Positions 1 to 10,061 of a DNA stretch of 64,000 nucleotides are shown here, in pieces (position 1 is the stretch's first letter; every line of letters starts with the position of its first letter). The stretch comes from Gemmatimonadales bacterium (GTDB taxonomy: Bacteria > Gemmatimonadota > Gemmatimonadetes > Gemmatimonadales > GWC2-71-9): assembly GCA_041577295.1 (NCBI GenBank), contig JBFGJG010000006.1, positions 1 through 64,000 on the forward strand, given 5' to 3'. A program made the position numbers and the translations under genes. The notes under the pieces are model-generated. The model ran no database searches. It was not told the origin of the DNA and saw only the letters and a program-made list of their open reading frames with translations.

Positions 1-162
1 ATCGGCTTGACGGCCACTTTTCCCAGGGGGATGCTTGTGCTCGCATCCTTCTTGACAGAAGTCGTCTCGGAAGTGTAAGCGAGTGTTCAGGAGCTAAGCC
101 ATGTGGGTCTTCATATTTAGCCCTTGCACGCCAGCGATACCAAAAGCCCGCGATCCGCGTAG

Positions 163-792
163 GTGGGCCCTGTTCGATCTTGCGCGGTGACCCTCGGGTC
201 TAGCGGAGCACTCGGTCATCCCGGTCATGAGCAGAGTGACGATCAGCTCGTCGCACGAGCCAGACGAGAGTTGCCCTACAACACCCGTGCATTCGAGATC
301 CTGGCGCGGCGGTACGAGCCAAAGGTTTTCGAGGCCTGTGTACGCTATCTCGGAAGCGACCAGGATGCCGAAGAAGTCTCGCAAGACGTGTTCATGCGAG
401 TGTTCCACGGGCTGCGGCGCTTCGAGGGCCGATCCACCTTTCGAACCTGGCTCTATCGGATCGTGCGCAACGAGTGCGCGACCCGTTATCGCAAACGGAA
501 GCTTCGGCGCGAGCGGATGGATGCCGTTCGGGTGCGGCTGTCTGCTGAAGAGCCGAGGTCGGTGCCTGCTCTCGAAATCGAGCTGGGGTGGACAGGACCG
601 GTTGGTACTGCCCTCGAGCGCTTATCTGAGCAGGACCGGGAAGTGCTCATTCTCCGTCACGTAGGCGAGCTAGCTCTCCAGGAGATCGCGGATACTCTCG
701 ATGTTGGCCTAAGCGCCACGAAAATGCGGCTTTACAGGGCCGAGGAGCGCTTCCGGATCGAGTACGGCGACGCCCAAACTGCCTCCCTGTGA
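163..792 (+). CDS. sigX: ECF RNA polymerase sigma factor, SigX-like
   Basis: Region 2 (DAEEVSQDVF..FEGRSTFRTWLYRIVRNEC) and region 4 (LQEIADTLDVGLSATKMRLYRA) resemble Pseudomonas SigX as recalled; adjacent cfrX/cmpX-like genes; start codon uncertain. Confidence 0.85.
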   Translation: MGPVRSCAVTLGSSGALGHPGHEQSDDQLVARARRELPYNTRAFEILARRYEPKVFEACVRYLGSDQDAEEVSQDVFMRVFHGLRRFEGRSTFRTWLYRIVRNECATRYRKRKLRRERMDAVRVRLSAEEPRSVPALEIELGWTGPVGTALERLSEQDREVLILRHVGELALQEIADTLDVGLSATKMRLYRAEERFRIEYGDAQTASL

Positions 793-817
793 CTTTCCGA
801 CGCGCTCTCGTCGTCTA
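789..817 (+). promoter_or_regulatory. possible ECF-type promoter GTGACTTT...CGTCTA upstream of cfrX-cmpX
   Basis: TGAC-N18-CGTCTA lies directly after the sigma gene and resembles ECF -35/-10 elements. Confidence 0.35.
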
Positions 818-843
818 CTGAGTAGTTCCGCGTCGGGGAAGAG

Positions 844-1086
844 ATGTCGACCACACCAATGGGCGACGATCGCGACTTCAATAAGGGCAGCGACGAAAGA
901 GTGAACCGCATCTTGGCTCGCTCGCGCCGGGAGGCAGGCGTGCGCGATCTCGTGACGTTCGGCGCTGGCCGGGCATGGTTGGCCGTGGTCTCAGTGGGCG
1001 CCGCGATACTCAGCCTGTTGCTACGACCGAAGCAAACCCGCGCGGAGCGGGCGGGCTCATCACAGCCTGAGGAGGACGAAACATGA
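844..1086 (+). CDS. CfrX/CrfX-like small protein (putative anti-sigma)
   Basis: 80 aa; RVNRILARSRREAGVRDLVTF resembles Pseudomonas CfrX; hydrophobic segment; sits between sigX and cmpX with ATGA overlap to cmpX. Confidence 0.65.
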   Translation: MSTTPMGDDRDFNKGSDERVNRILARSRREAGVRDLVTFGAGRAWLAVVSVGAAILSLLLRPKQTRAERAGSSQPEEDET

Positions 1087-1919
1087 ACTGGGCCGCAGAG
1101 TGGGCAGAAGCCGTTGCACAATCGGTAACACAACTCGGTGTGACGGTCGGTGCGTTCATTCCGCGGTTCTTCGGAATGATCCTCCTCCTGATACTTGGAT
1201 TCATCATTTCGAAGGGCATAGCGCGATTGGCCACGACCATCCTGCGCCGCATGGGGTTCGATCGTGCCGCCGGCAGGATCGGGCTCAACGGCATTCTCGA
1301 AAGGGGAAGTATCAAATCGAGCCCCGCGCAGATCGTTGGGAAGCTCGCCTTTTGGTTCTTCATGTTGACCTTCGTAGTCTCCGCCGCAGATACCCTTGGC
1401 CTCGGAAACGTGTCGCGAACGATCGAATCCTTTGTCGCATACCTCCCCAATGTGATCGGTTCCGTCGCGATTGCCGTCGTAGGATTACTTCTCGCTGGCT
1501 TTGTTCGTGACGCTGTGCACCGAGGTGCGGAGAGCATCGGCGTGGACTATGCCGACGCCCTCGGCAAGCTCGTACACATCGCCCTGATCGTCGTGGTCGC
1601 CACCCTGGCCATCGGCCAATTGAAGCTCGACATCGTCTTAATAAGTCGCGTCATCGAGATTCTGTTGATTGCCAGCGGGGCGGGTCTGGCGCTCACCCTG
1701 GGGCTCGGAACGCGGGATCTCTCGAAGCACATCGTGGCGGGAGTGTATGCCCGCGATATCTATACGCCTGGCATGAAGCTGACCGTGGGGAGCGACACTG
1801 GCGCGGTCGAGGAGGTTGGTGCTATAACCACGCGTATTCGCACGTCGAATGGCGAGGCCATCTTCGTGCCGAACGGCAAATTCTTGGAAACCGTGGTTCG
1901 GGGCTCCGAGCCAAGCTAA
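1083..1919 (+). CDS. cmpX: CmpX-like mechanosensitive channel family membrane protein
   Basis: Two TM_helix repeats (FIPRFFG.., YLPNVIG..), ALTLGLG motif and C-terminal MscS beta domain (GAVEEVG..IFVPN). Confidence 0.85.
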   Translation: MNWAAEWAEAVAQSVTQLGVTVGAFIPRFFGMILLLILGFIISKGIARLATTILRRMGFDRAAGRIGLNGILERGSIKSSPAQIVGKLAFWFFMLTFVVSAADTLGLGNVSRTIESFVAYLPNVIGSVAIAVVGLLLAGFVRDAVHRGAESIGVDYADALGKLVHIALIVVVATLAIGQLKLDIVLISRVIEILLIASGAGLALTLGLGTRDLSKHIVAGVYARDIYTPGMKLTVGSDTGAVEEVGAITTRIRTSNGEAIFVPNGKFLETVVRGSEPS

Positions 1920-1940
1920 CACCCCAAAAGGGAGTCAGCC

Positions 1941-3428
1941 GTGCAGGACATGTTCACGCAGTTACTGGATCAGATGGGCAGTTACGTACCCAGCCTCCTA
2001 GGAGCCATCGCCATCGTGGTGGTCGGCTGGTTCATCGCGCTGGTGATCGCCGGACTGGTGCGCCGAGCGATCAACCGAGCGGTAGCGGCTCGGAAGGTTC
2101 CCGAAGCACTGGAGGGCGAGGGCGAGGCCGCTCCGAAGATCGGTCTATGGGGAGGCCGAATCGTCTTTTACGTGTTGATGGCCTTTGTACTCGCCGCGGC
2201 GTTTCAGACGTTACAGCTGCCCGCGTTGTCGGGGCCGATGGACAGCATGCTTCAGGAGTTCACGACGTTCCTTCCGAAGCTCGTGGGCGCGGCATTGCTA
2301 ATGGGCTTGGCGTGGGGAATAGGCACGGTCTTGCGCTTGATCGTCTCGCGAGCTCTCGCCCGCACTTCCTTGGATGAAAAGGTCGCCGAGGGTGCCGGGC
2401 TCGAAACGCAAAAGCCGCTGAGCCGCACGTTGGGGGACGTCGTGTTTTGGCTTCCCCTGCTCCTGCTCCTTCCAGCCGCCCTCGACGTGCTCCAACTCGA
2501 GGGGCTCCTCTCTCCGCTGCAGGGGATGTTCGACGATCTCTTCGGGATGTTACCAAACATCCTCGGCGCCGCGCTGATCCTCTTGATCGGTTGGTTCATT
2601 GCGAGAATCGTGCGGCAGGTCGTAACCGCCCTGTTGGCTGCAGCCGGGATAGACCGGATCGGTGATCGCGCGGGAATGGGACCCGACGCTGGACCTCGCA
2701 GTCTCTCCGCCGTCGTCGGGCTCGTGGCCTACGCGCTGGTGCTCATTCCGGCGGCGATCGCCGCGTTTGACACCCTCCAGATCGATGCCATCAGCCGTCC
2801 CGCCACCACGATGCTGAATCAGTTGCTCGCAGCAGTACCGCTCATCTTCGGCGCCGCCGTGTTGCTGGGCATTGCGTTCCTGGTTGGGCGGGTGGTTGCG
2901 GGTCTCGTGAGCAATATTCTCAGTGGCGTCGGGTTCGACGAGTTACTGGCCAAGATGGGGTTACGAACCGGCACGGACGCCGAGGCGAACACGCCTTCCC
3001 AAGTCGCGAGCTACTTGGTGCTGGTGGCTATCATGTTGGTCGCTGCGATCGAAGCTGCCGGTCTCCTTGGCTTCGCTGCCCTCGCCGACCTCGTGACGGA
3101 GTTCTTTGCCTTCGGCAGCCGCGTCTTGCTCGCCCTGGTCATCTTTGGCGTCGGTCTGTACCTGGGCAATCTCGCGCATCGCACGATCCCGCGTGGCGAA
3201 GGCAGGTGGAGTGGTCTGTATGCGTCGGCCGCACGGGTCGCCATCGTTGTGCTCGCAACGGCGATGGCGCTCCAACAGACAGGCGTGGCCCAAGAGATCG
3301 TCACGCTCGCTTTCTCACTGATACTCGGTGCGATTGCCGTCGCTGCTGCCATTGCCTTCGGGATCGGAGCGAAAGACGCTGCGGCGCGAGAGGTGAACCG
3401 ATGGTTCGAGCGGCCAAGCGAGAGATGA
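1941..3428 (+). CDS. multi-repeat TM_helix (CmpX/MscS-associated) membrane protein
   Basis: About five xP.L.GA..I...GW repeats, ends AIAFGIGAKDAA; no beta domain; GGGAG SD before GTG. Confidence 0.8.
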   Translation: MQDMFTQLLDQMGSYVPSLLGAIAIVVVGWFIALVIAGLVRRAINRAVAARKVPEALEGEGEAAPKIGLWGGRIVFYVLMAFVLAAAFQTLQLPALSGPMDSMLQEFTTFLPKLVGAALLMGLAWGIGTVLRLIVSRALARTSLDEKVAEGAGLETQKPLSRTLGDVVFWLPLLLLLPAALDVLQLEGLLSPLQGMFDDLFGMLPNILGAALILLIGWFIARIVRQVVTALLAAAGIDRIGDRAGMGPDAGPRSLSAVVGLVAYALVLIPAAIAAFDTLQIDAISRPATTMLNQLLAAVPLIFGAAVLLGIAFLVGRVVAGLVSNILSGVGFDELLAKMGLRTGTDAEANTPSQVASYLVLVAIMLVAAIEAAGLLGFAALADLVTEFFAFGSRVLLALVIFGVGLYLGNLAHRTIPRGEGRWSGLYASAARVAIVVLATAMALQQTGVAQEIVTLAFSLILGAIAVAAAIAFGIGAKDAAAREVNRWFERPSER

Positions 3429-3482
3429 TAGCGATCTGGACGACTAGACCTCGTGCCGCTACGGACACCGTGAGCTGACGAG

Positions 3483-4397
3483 ATGGAAGAGACTCTGACT
3501 AGGTGGCTCAACGACCCGGTGGTCGGCAAGCTCGTGACCTCGACGGTCGCGATCTTGGCAGTCGTCGTCATCGTGCGGCTCCTGAAGCGGTGGATGGGCC
3601 GGTTCATTGACGATAACGAAACGCGATACCGAACGCGGAAGTTCATCTCCTTCCTCGGGTACGTTACGGTTTTCGTCGCGCTCGCTGCCATCTTCAGCAA
3701 CCAGTTTCGAGCGCTCACGGTCGCGTTCGGGGTGGCGGGCGCTGGTATCGCGTTCGCACTCCAGGAAGTAATCGTGAGCGTCGCAGGCTGGGTCGCGATC
3801 GCGTTCGGGAATTTCTATCGAGTTGGTGACCGTATTCAGCTCGGTGGAAGCCGGGGGGATGTGATCGATATCGGTGTCCTTCGAACCACGCTCATGGAGT
3901 GCGGTCAGTGGGTAAACGGCGATCTTTACAACGGTAGGATCGTCCGCGTGGCAAACAGTTTTGTGTTCAAAGAACCGGTGGTCAACTACTCAGCGGACTT
4001 TCCGTTCCTGTGGGACGAATTTGCGATTGCGATCCGGCACGGGAGCAACCACGAACTCGTGCGGGAACTACTGATGCGGGTACTCAAAGACGTGGTGGGT
4101 GAGTACACTGAGTTTGCCAAGAGTTCATGGACGACCATGGTGCGGAAGTATCGCATTGAAGATGCCCGCGTGGAGCCGATGGTAACAATGGTCGCGGATG
4201 AGAACTGGATGACGTTCACGGCGCGCTACGTCGTCGATTACCGGCAGCGGCGCATAACCAAGGATCGGATTCATACGCGCCTTGTGGACGAGCTTGCCGC
4301 GGCGGGGTCGCAGATCGTTCTCGCCGCGAGCTCTCTCGAGCTCGTAGAGCACTCCACGCTTGGGGTGAGAGTACTAGAGGGCGCGAGGGCGCGCTGA
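3483..4397 (+). CDS. small-conductance mechanosensitive channel MscS
   Basis: GVAGAGIAFALQE, YRVGDRIQ, GDVIDIG, VVNYS motifs. Confidence 0.9.
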   Translation: MEETLTRWLNDPVVGKLVTSTVAILAVVVIVRLLKRWMGRFIDDNETRYRTRKFISFLGYVTVFVALAAIFSNQFRALTVAFGVAGAGIAFALQEVIVSVAGWVAIAFGNFYRVGDRIQLGGSRGDVIDIGVLRTTLMECGQWVNGDLYNGRIVRVANSFVFKEPVVNYSADFPFLWDEFAIAIRHGSNHELVRELLMRVLKDVVGEYTEFAKSSWTTMVRKYRIEDARVEPMVTMVADENWMTFTARYVVDYRQRRITKDRIHTRLVDELAAAGSQIVLAASSLELVEHSTLGVRVLEGARAR

Positions 4398-4643
4398 ACA
4401 GTTTCGGGTAGCCTCAGCTCCGCTTCACGCACATTGCAATTCGCTGATACCGCACGACGGAACTTCACGCATCGCGAGGGCCGTCAGCGCGGAGGTGTGA
4501 GTCGCGGGACATTTAGGAGTTGTCGGCAGGACGGGTGCAAAGCGTTGGGAGCGACACACCAAGAGGACGTGAACCGGGACGGAGAACGGATTGGCGTAGT
4601 GGTGCGCCGACTTCCGGCCGTTTTTTCTGGAAAGGACTGACAT

Positions 4644-5705
4644 TTGAAAGACAGATCTCGTGGTTTGCACATTGGGGGTCGCTTGGTCTTGTTGGCCGTT
4701 CTCGCGAGCGCGGCAGTCAGCACGCCTGGCCATGCCCAACAAGAACCGTTGTATGATGAGCTCTCCCGGATGTTCAAACGCGACTATCTCAGCCTAGGGG
4801 TGTTGCTCCAGACGGTGGCCGATTTCCAGATCGACCGAACATTCCCGGGCAGCAACGGGTTCAATATCTCCAACTTTCGGCTCGCATTGTACGGCGAGCT
4901 CGACCAGCGGTTTGGCTATTTCCTGCAAACCAACTTCGCGTCATCGCCGGCGATCCTCGATGCCCGCATGTATTACCGGTTCAGCCCGCAGTTTGCGGTG
5001 GACGCTGGGCAGTTCAAGGCCCCCTTTAGCTACGAGTTCCTGACGTCTGCGGCTAGCATCGACTTCGTGAATCGTTCCCAGGTCGTGACCGCGCTTGCGC
5101 CAGGCCGACAGATCGGTATCCAACTGCGAACGGCCAATGCCGCGCAGACCGTCGGATTCAATCTCGGAGCCTTCAACGGCAATGGTACACGGCCAAACGG
5201 GAACGATAGTGACAACTTGCTGTACGCGGCGAGGCTCTACGGACACCGCGCGGCCGAACGATCCGACGGCACACAGACCGTGCTGGACGTCGGCGTCAAC
5301 GCCGCGTTTAGCAATGACGAGCTTTCGACCTTTGGAAGCGGCTTCGTCACCGGCTTCGCAGGCGATAGGGCAATCTTAGGCGCTGATGCCCGAGTCAGAC
5401 ATGGGCGGTATCTTCTGTCCGGGGAGATTATCTACGCGGCGCTCGATCCGAACGTTGGTGCGGAGCGGGATCCGTGGGGCCTGCACGCAACCGTCGGCTA
5501 CATGTTCACAGACAAGATCCAGGGACTCGTGAGATGGGATGGCTTCGAGCCCGACAACGGCGCTGGTCGTAGTGACTGGATCATCTTGGGCTTCAACGTT
5601 TGGCCAACCGTCGTAACGGAGTTTCAGGTCAATTACATAGTCGATACCGACAACGCGGCCCCGGATCACCATCAACTGCTCATTAACTTTCAGTTCGGCT
5701 TTTGA
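4644..5705 (+). CDS. outer-membrane porin (OprO/OprP-like)
   Basis: Signal peptide, LDA..GQFKAPFSYE motif, amphipathic strands, C-terminal FQFGF; AAAGGA SD before TTG. Confidence 0.75.
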   Translation: MKDRSRGLHIGGRLVLLAVLASAAVSTPGHAQQEPLYDELSRMFKRDYLSLGVLLQTVADFQIDRTFPGSNGFNISNFRLALYGELDQRFGYFLQTNFASSPAILDARMYYRFSPQFAVDAGQFKAPFSYEFLTSAASIDFVNRSQVVTALAPGRQIGIQLRTANAAQTVGFNLGAFNGNGTRPNGNDSDNLLYAARLYGHRAAERSDGTQTVLDVGVNAAFSNDELSTFGSGFVTGFAGDRAILGADARVRHGRYLLSGEIIYAALDPNVGAERDPWGLHATVGYMFTDKIQGLVRWDGFEPDNGAGRSDWIILGFNVWPTVVTEFQVNYIVDTDNAAPDHHQLLINFQFGF

Positions 5706-5746
5706 TCCATCGCATGTCGGACAGATTCATCAGAACAGGTGGCACC

Positions 5747-7447
5747 ATGATCAGCACTCTTTGTACACACCGTCTCCGCTCACGACTGGCAATCATCGCG
5801 GTCTGCGTCACGCTTGTGGTGGGTTTTGCCTCTTCGACTGTCGCGCAGACCGACACGACTCGAGCGGACACCACGCAGGTCGCCGCGCCACAATCCGTCG
5901 GGGCAGCCGTTGTGTTTCGCGGTGACACCCTCTTTAGCGTGTTTGGAACACTCGGTCCGTTCACACCCACCGAACGAGCGGAAGCACTCGCGCGTCGGAT
6001 CGACAGTCTCGCAAACGACCCCATGGCAAGGGCTGCCTCTGTTACGGTAGCTGACAGCGCAGGAGTGACGGACGTCCGCGTGGGCGATTTTGTCTTGATG
6101 ACCATCACCGATCGGGACGCTGCCGAAGCAGGTCTCTCTCGCGCAGTACTCGGCGAGCAGTACGCCGCGCGGATCCAGGAAGCGATGCAGAGCCGAGAAG
6201 TGCTGGCGACGATCAAGAGCATTCTGTGGGGGTTGTTCCTCACAATCGTCGCGGCGGCCGGACTCGTGTTCCTGTTCCGATTCATGAACTTCCTCTTTCC
6301 GGCAGTCTATCGGAGGCTGGAGGCATGGCGGACGACTCGCATTCCGGCCATCAAGATCCAACGGCTGGAGCTGCTCTCCGCCGATCGGTTGACAGACACG
6401 CTCATGGGGATCGCAAAGGTCCTGCGCGTAGCGGCCGTCGTCGTCGTGCTCTACATCTTCGTGCCGCTGGTGCTGAGCTTCTTTCCGTGGACGAGGAACC
6501 TCTCGCGCCGGATTGTCGAGTACGTCCTCGATCCGCTGCAGCAATTTGGGACGGCGTTTGTCAACTACCTACCGGACCTCTTCACGATCGCGGTGATCGT
6601 GGTGGTCATTTACTACACCCTCAAGTTCATTCACCTGTTCTTCAACGGGATCGAGCGAGGGGCGATCACTTTTCCGGGATTTTACAAAGAATGGTCCCAG
6701 CCAACGTATAAGATCGTTCGGTTCCTGGTAATCATCTTCGGTATCATCGTCATCTATCCATACTTGCCGGGATCGGACACGGCCGCCTTCAAAGGTATTT
6801 CGGTGTTCGTCGGCGTCGTGATCTCCTTTGGATCCTCATCTGCCATCGCGAACATCGTGGCAGGGGTGGTGATGACGTACATGAGGCCATTTCAGCTCGG
6901 TGATCGAGTAAAGATCGCGGACACGGTCGGCGACATCATCGAAAAGACGTTGCTGGTGACTCGCGTTCGAACGGTCAAGAACGTGGATATCACGATTCCC
7001 AATTCCATGGTTTTGTCGAGCCACATCATCAATTACAGCTCAACGGCCAAGGAGGGGGGCGTCGTTCTGCACACCGGTGTTACCATCGGCTACGACGTGC
7101 CTTGGCGTCAGGTCCACGAATTGTTGCTCGCCGCAGCGGACGCCACCGAGGCAATCCTCGACAACCCGAAGCCGTTCGTCCTGCAAACGAGCCTGGACGA
7201 TTTCTACGTGAGTTACGAGCTGAACGCGTACACCGAGAATCCGAACGTGATGGCGCGAACCTATTCGGAGCTGCACCAGAACATTCAGGACAGATTCAAT
7301 GAGGCGGGTGTGGAGATTCTGTCACCGCACTACCGCGCGGCACGGGATGGAAACCAGGTCACGATACCAGCGGACTATCTACCCAAGGACTACCAAGCAC
7401 CGTCCTTCAGGATTCAGCAGTTCGGCGTGCCCACGCCTACGAGCTGA
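5747..7447 (+). CDS. MscS family channel with N-terminal periplasmic domain
   Basis: Signal peptide; ANIVAG, RPFQLGDRVKI, IPNS, IINYS, FNEAGVEILSPHY. Confidence 0.9.
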   Translation: MISTLCTHRLRSRLAIIAVCVTLVVGFASSTVAQTDTTRADTTQVAAPQSVGAAVVFRGDTLFSVFGTLGPFTPTERAEALARRIDSLANDPMARAASVTVADSAGVTDVRVGDFVLMTITDRDAAEAGLSRAVLGEQYAARIQEAMQSREVLATIKSILWGLFLTIVAAAGLVFLFRFMNFLFPAVYRRLEAWRTTRIPAIKIQRLELLSADRLTDTLMGIAKVLRVAAVVVVLYIFVPLVLSFFPWTRNLSRRIVEYVLDPLQQFGTAFVNYLPDLFTIAVIVVVIYYTLKFIHLFFNGIERGAITFPGFYKEWSQPTYKIVRFLVIIFGIIVIYPYLPGSDTAAFKGISVFVGVVISFGSSSAIANIVAGVVMTYMRPFQLGDRVKIADTVGDIIEKTLLVTRVRTVKNVDITIPNSMVLSSHIINYSSTAKEGGVVLHTGVTIGYDVPWRQVHELLLAAADATEAILDNPKPFVLQTSLDDFYVSYELNAYTENPNVMARTYSELHQNIQDRFNEAGVEILSPHYRAARDGNQVTIPADYLPKDYQAPSFRIQQFGVPTPTS

Positions 7448-7477
7448 CCGAACGGGAACGGGTCGAGAGGCGACCAT

Positions 7478-7765
7478 ATGAATCGGCTGCGGTACATCGG
7501 GGCGGTCGTCGTGACCGCCCTAGTACTCATATTCGCGTTGCAGAACCTGGATGCGGTGCCGGTTGACTTTCTGATCTGGGAGGTGCGGGCAAGCGTCGCG
7601 TTGATCGCGCTGGTGCCACTGCTCATCGGCGTGGGGCTAGGCGGTGTCTCGGCCTATATGCGAGGTCGGGCGCGCAGACGGGCACTTACGAAGGAAGCGG
7701 CGGACGCCGCCGATCAGCCTCGCGTGCGCGACAAAGACATCGAACCACCGCTGCCGCCCGGGTGA
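7478..7765 (+). CDS. LapA (DUF1049) family membrane protein
   Basis: IFALQN...V.VDFLIW signature followed by a second TM. Confidence 0.75.
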   Translation: MNRLRYIGAVVVTALVLIFALQNLDAVPVDFLIWEVRASVALIALVPLLIGVGLGGVSAYMRGRARRRALTKEAADAADQPRVRDKDIEPPLPPG

Positions 7766-7925
7766 GTCTCTGTGATCTTTCGGCTCCGCCGTGGACAAGT
7801 GCCTCCGCGGGCTGAGCTCGCTCGGCGCACTGGCATCGCAAACAACTCAACCGCTCACTAAGGCCCGCTCCGCCACCCGTCTATGTAGGCAAGGACCTGA
7901 TTACTCCCACGGCAGTCACCTGTAG

Positions 7926-8951
7926 TTACCGCGTCCACACCGCGATCACGCCGCACGCAGATCCGCTTTGCAGGCTGAACTCCAGCGGAATTTCCGAGAT
8001 GCGCGTATAGATCTCTATGCCCTCGATGTCTTGCGGGGTGAGAACCTCGTCGAGTGAATTGGCCCGAATGAGCGTGCCGTCGAGAAAATAGATTGGCGAG
8101 CGGCACGACATGCTTGGGTCGGCGAGCTCGATCTGGTTGAGTCCAAGAGGCCCCGGCGTGATTCGAAGACTACCGATACCCCGCAAAACATCCGTGGCAA
8201 CGCGCGGAAGCCGTTTTTCGATATCCCACCGGGTAATGAAATGCCCCACGCCCCGGCTCCGCCTTTCGTAGAAATCCTTTAACCGCCCGTAGGCATAGAG
8301 GGTTCGCTCCCCTTCTACGACCACCGCCGGGAGTTCGACCGGTACCGGTTCCAACCGGATATCGAGCTCAACACCGGTCTGATTGTCAGGAAGATCCACG
8401 TTCACCACTGCGCGCTTATAGCCGATGCGCTTGACGTGAACCAGGTGCCGGCCGGAGGCGAGCTCAGTGACGCGGAAACTTCCAGTCACGTTCGTGGCGA
8501 CGGTGACGGTGCCGTCGATAGTAATCACGGCCGCGGGAATCGGCTGCCCTGTGGAGGCGTCACGGACCACCCCGAGCACCGAGGTGTTCCTGGCGGACAC
8601 CACCATGATGACCGCACCGAGATCGATCTCTGGCGGTGAAGCTTCGTGAACGACAAAGCGGAAGCTGCGTGTCCGGAATCCTGTTGCCGACACGGTGAGT
8701 ACGTGCCGGCCTTCCCCAACACTGCTGACTCGAAAGTTTCCATCAGCCCCGGTGTAGGCCACCAGATCTTCATCCACCACTACCTGCGCACCTGCCAGTG
8801 GCCGGTGGTCCTCTCCATACACGGTGCCAAACAGCACCGGATCAGGCGCGGCCTGGGCGTGCAACGACGCCGAATAAAGCAACACCAGCGCGAGCGCCAA
8901 AAGACGCTTCAACTGATGCACGACGAGTCCCCTTCCGACTACATCGTCCAT
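7926..8951 (-). CDS. secreted protein: two carboxypeptidase-regulatory-like domains + TonB plug-like domain
   Basis: Signal peptide, repeated G.V.D..PI..A / RIGY Ig-like domains, C-terminal DIEGIEIY..CGVIAVWTR; no barrel. Confidence 0.8.
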   Translation of the reverse strand: MDDVVGRGLVVHQLKRLLALALVLLYSASLHAQAAPDPVLFGTVYGEDHRPLAGAQVVVDEDLVAYTGADGNFRVSSVGEGRHVLTVSATGFRTRSFRFVVHEASPPEIDLGAVIMVVSARNTSVLGVVRDASTGQPIPAAVITIDGTVTVATNVTGSFRVTELASGRHLVHVKRIGYKRAVVNVDLPDNQTGVELDIRLEPVPVELPAVVVEGERTLYAYGRLKDFYERRSRGVGHFITRWDIEKRLPRVATDVLRGIGSLRITPGPLGLNQIELADPSMSCRSPIYFLDGTLIRANSLDEVLTPQDIEGIEIYTRISEIPLEFSLQSGSACGVIAVWTR

Positions 8952-9976
8952 ATGACGATCACCCCGCAAGACGCCGCACCCTGAATATTGAATGTGGGCG
9001 GGACCTCTGTCCCGCGAGTGTAGATCTCGATCCCAGCGATGTCTTGCGGATTCAACATTTCATCAATGTCGGCTCCTCGAATCAGAGCGCCGTCGACAAA
9101 CACGCGGGGTGAACGACATCCGGTCGTGACACGTGCCAATCGAATCGTATTTCTGCCAAACGCACCGGGAATGACTTGCAATCCGGGGACACCGTATAAG
9201 AGCTCGGTGGGAACGCGTGCCGAACTCTTTTCGATCGCCGATCGCGTAATGAAATGCCCGAACCCCGATGACATACGGTCATAAAACTCCCGAAGCTTTC
9301 CGCTGCTGTAGATGGTGCGCTCACCCTCGACGACGACCTCGGCAAGCTGCGTGGGAAGCGCCTTCACCTTGACTATCAGATTGACACGAGCTTGGCCCGT
9401 TGGAATCTCGAAGTCCACAAACGTTGGTTCGTATCCAATGCGCCGCACCGCGAGCGTGTGAAACCCCGCCCGGACTGCGTCAACGCGGAACACGCCGTTT
9501 GCGTCACTGATGACTTCCACCTCGCCATCCAATCCCACCTGTGCGGCTGCCACGGGCTCCACCGTCATACTGTCCACCACCGTTCCGGTGACTGTGGTGA
9601 GGGACTCACGTAACCGATCGAGCATCAGAGCCCCGAGATCGATATCTGGCTGCGGCTGATTGGGGAGGGTGAAGCGGTAGCTCCGCGCCTCGAAGCCCGG
9701 CTTGGTGAACGTCAGGGTGTGCGGTCCAGGCGTGATGCCCTCGACGCGGAAAATGCCACTCGAATCGGTGAGCGCGACGAGGTCAACGGCGTCCAGCAAT
9801 ACCTGGACGTGGTACAAGGGTTCACCACGCGGGCCAAACACCACACCGGTGAGCGCGGTGCCAGCGGGTTGCTGCGCCGTGAGGCTGACCGGGGCGAACG
9901 CGCACAACAGCAACAAGGCCCGAGAGATCGATCGGACCTTTGAGCGTAGGCTCGCCCTCAACGATGGCTGGATCAT
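8939..9976 (-). CDS. tandem paralog: carboxypeptidase-regulatory-like domains + TonB plug-like domain
   Basis: Same architecture; shared VVVEGERT.Y..G.L..FY.R...G.GHFITR and PQDI.GIEIYTR blocks; start uncertain. Confidence 0.8.
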   Translation of the reverse strand: MIQPSLRASLRSKVRSISRALLLLCAFAPVSLTAQQPAGTALTGVVFGPRGEPLYHVQVLLDAVDLVALTDSSGIFRVEGITPGPHTLTFTKPGFEARSYRFTLPNQPQPDIDLGALMLDRLRESLTTVTGTVVDSMTVEPVAAAQVGLDGEVEVISDANGVFRVDAVRAGFHTLAVRRIGYEPTFVDFEIPTGQARVNLIVKVKALPTQLAEVVVEGERTIYSSGKLREFYDRMSSGFGHFITRSAIEKSSARVPTELLYGVPGLQVIPGAFGRNTIRLARVTTGCRSPRVFVDGALIRGADIDEMLNPQDIAGIEIYTRGTEVPPTFNIQGAASCGVIVIWTM

Positions 9977-10061
9977 GGCCTCATTTCCAACCCCGGATGG
10001 TACTCGCAGTTCCAACGGAAGATCAAGCAGGGGCTGCAAGCCTGCGCCCGCCCGTCCGTGG

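Noticed and set aside
4459..4486. GGAACTT-N17-GTCA RpoE-like promoter before the porin
   Set aside because: Spacing and -10 are imperfect; single weak instance
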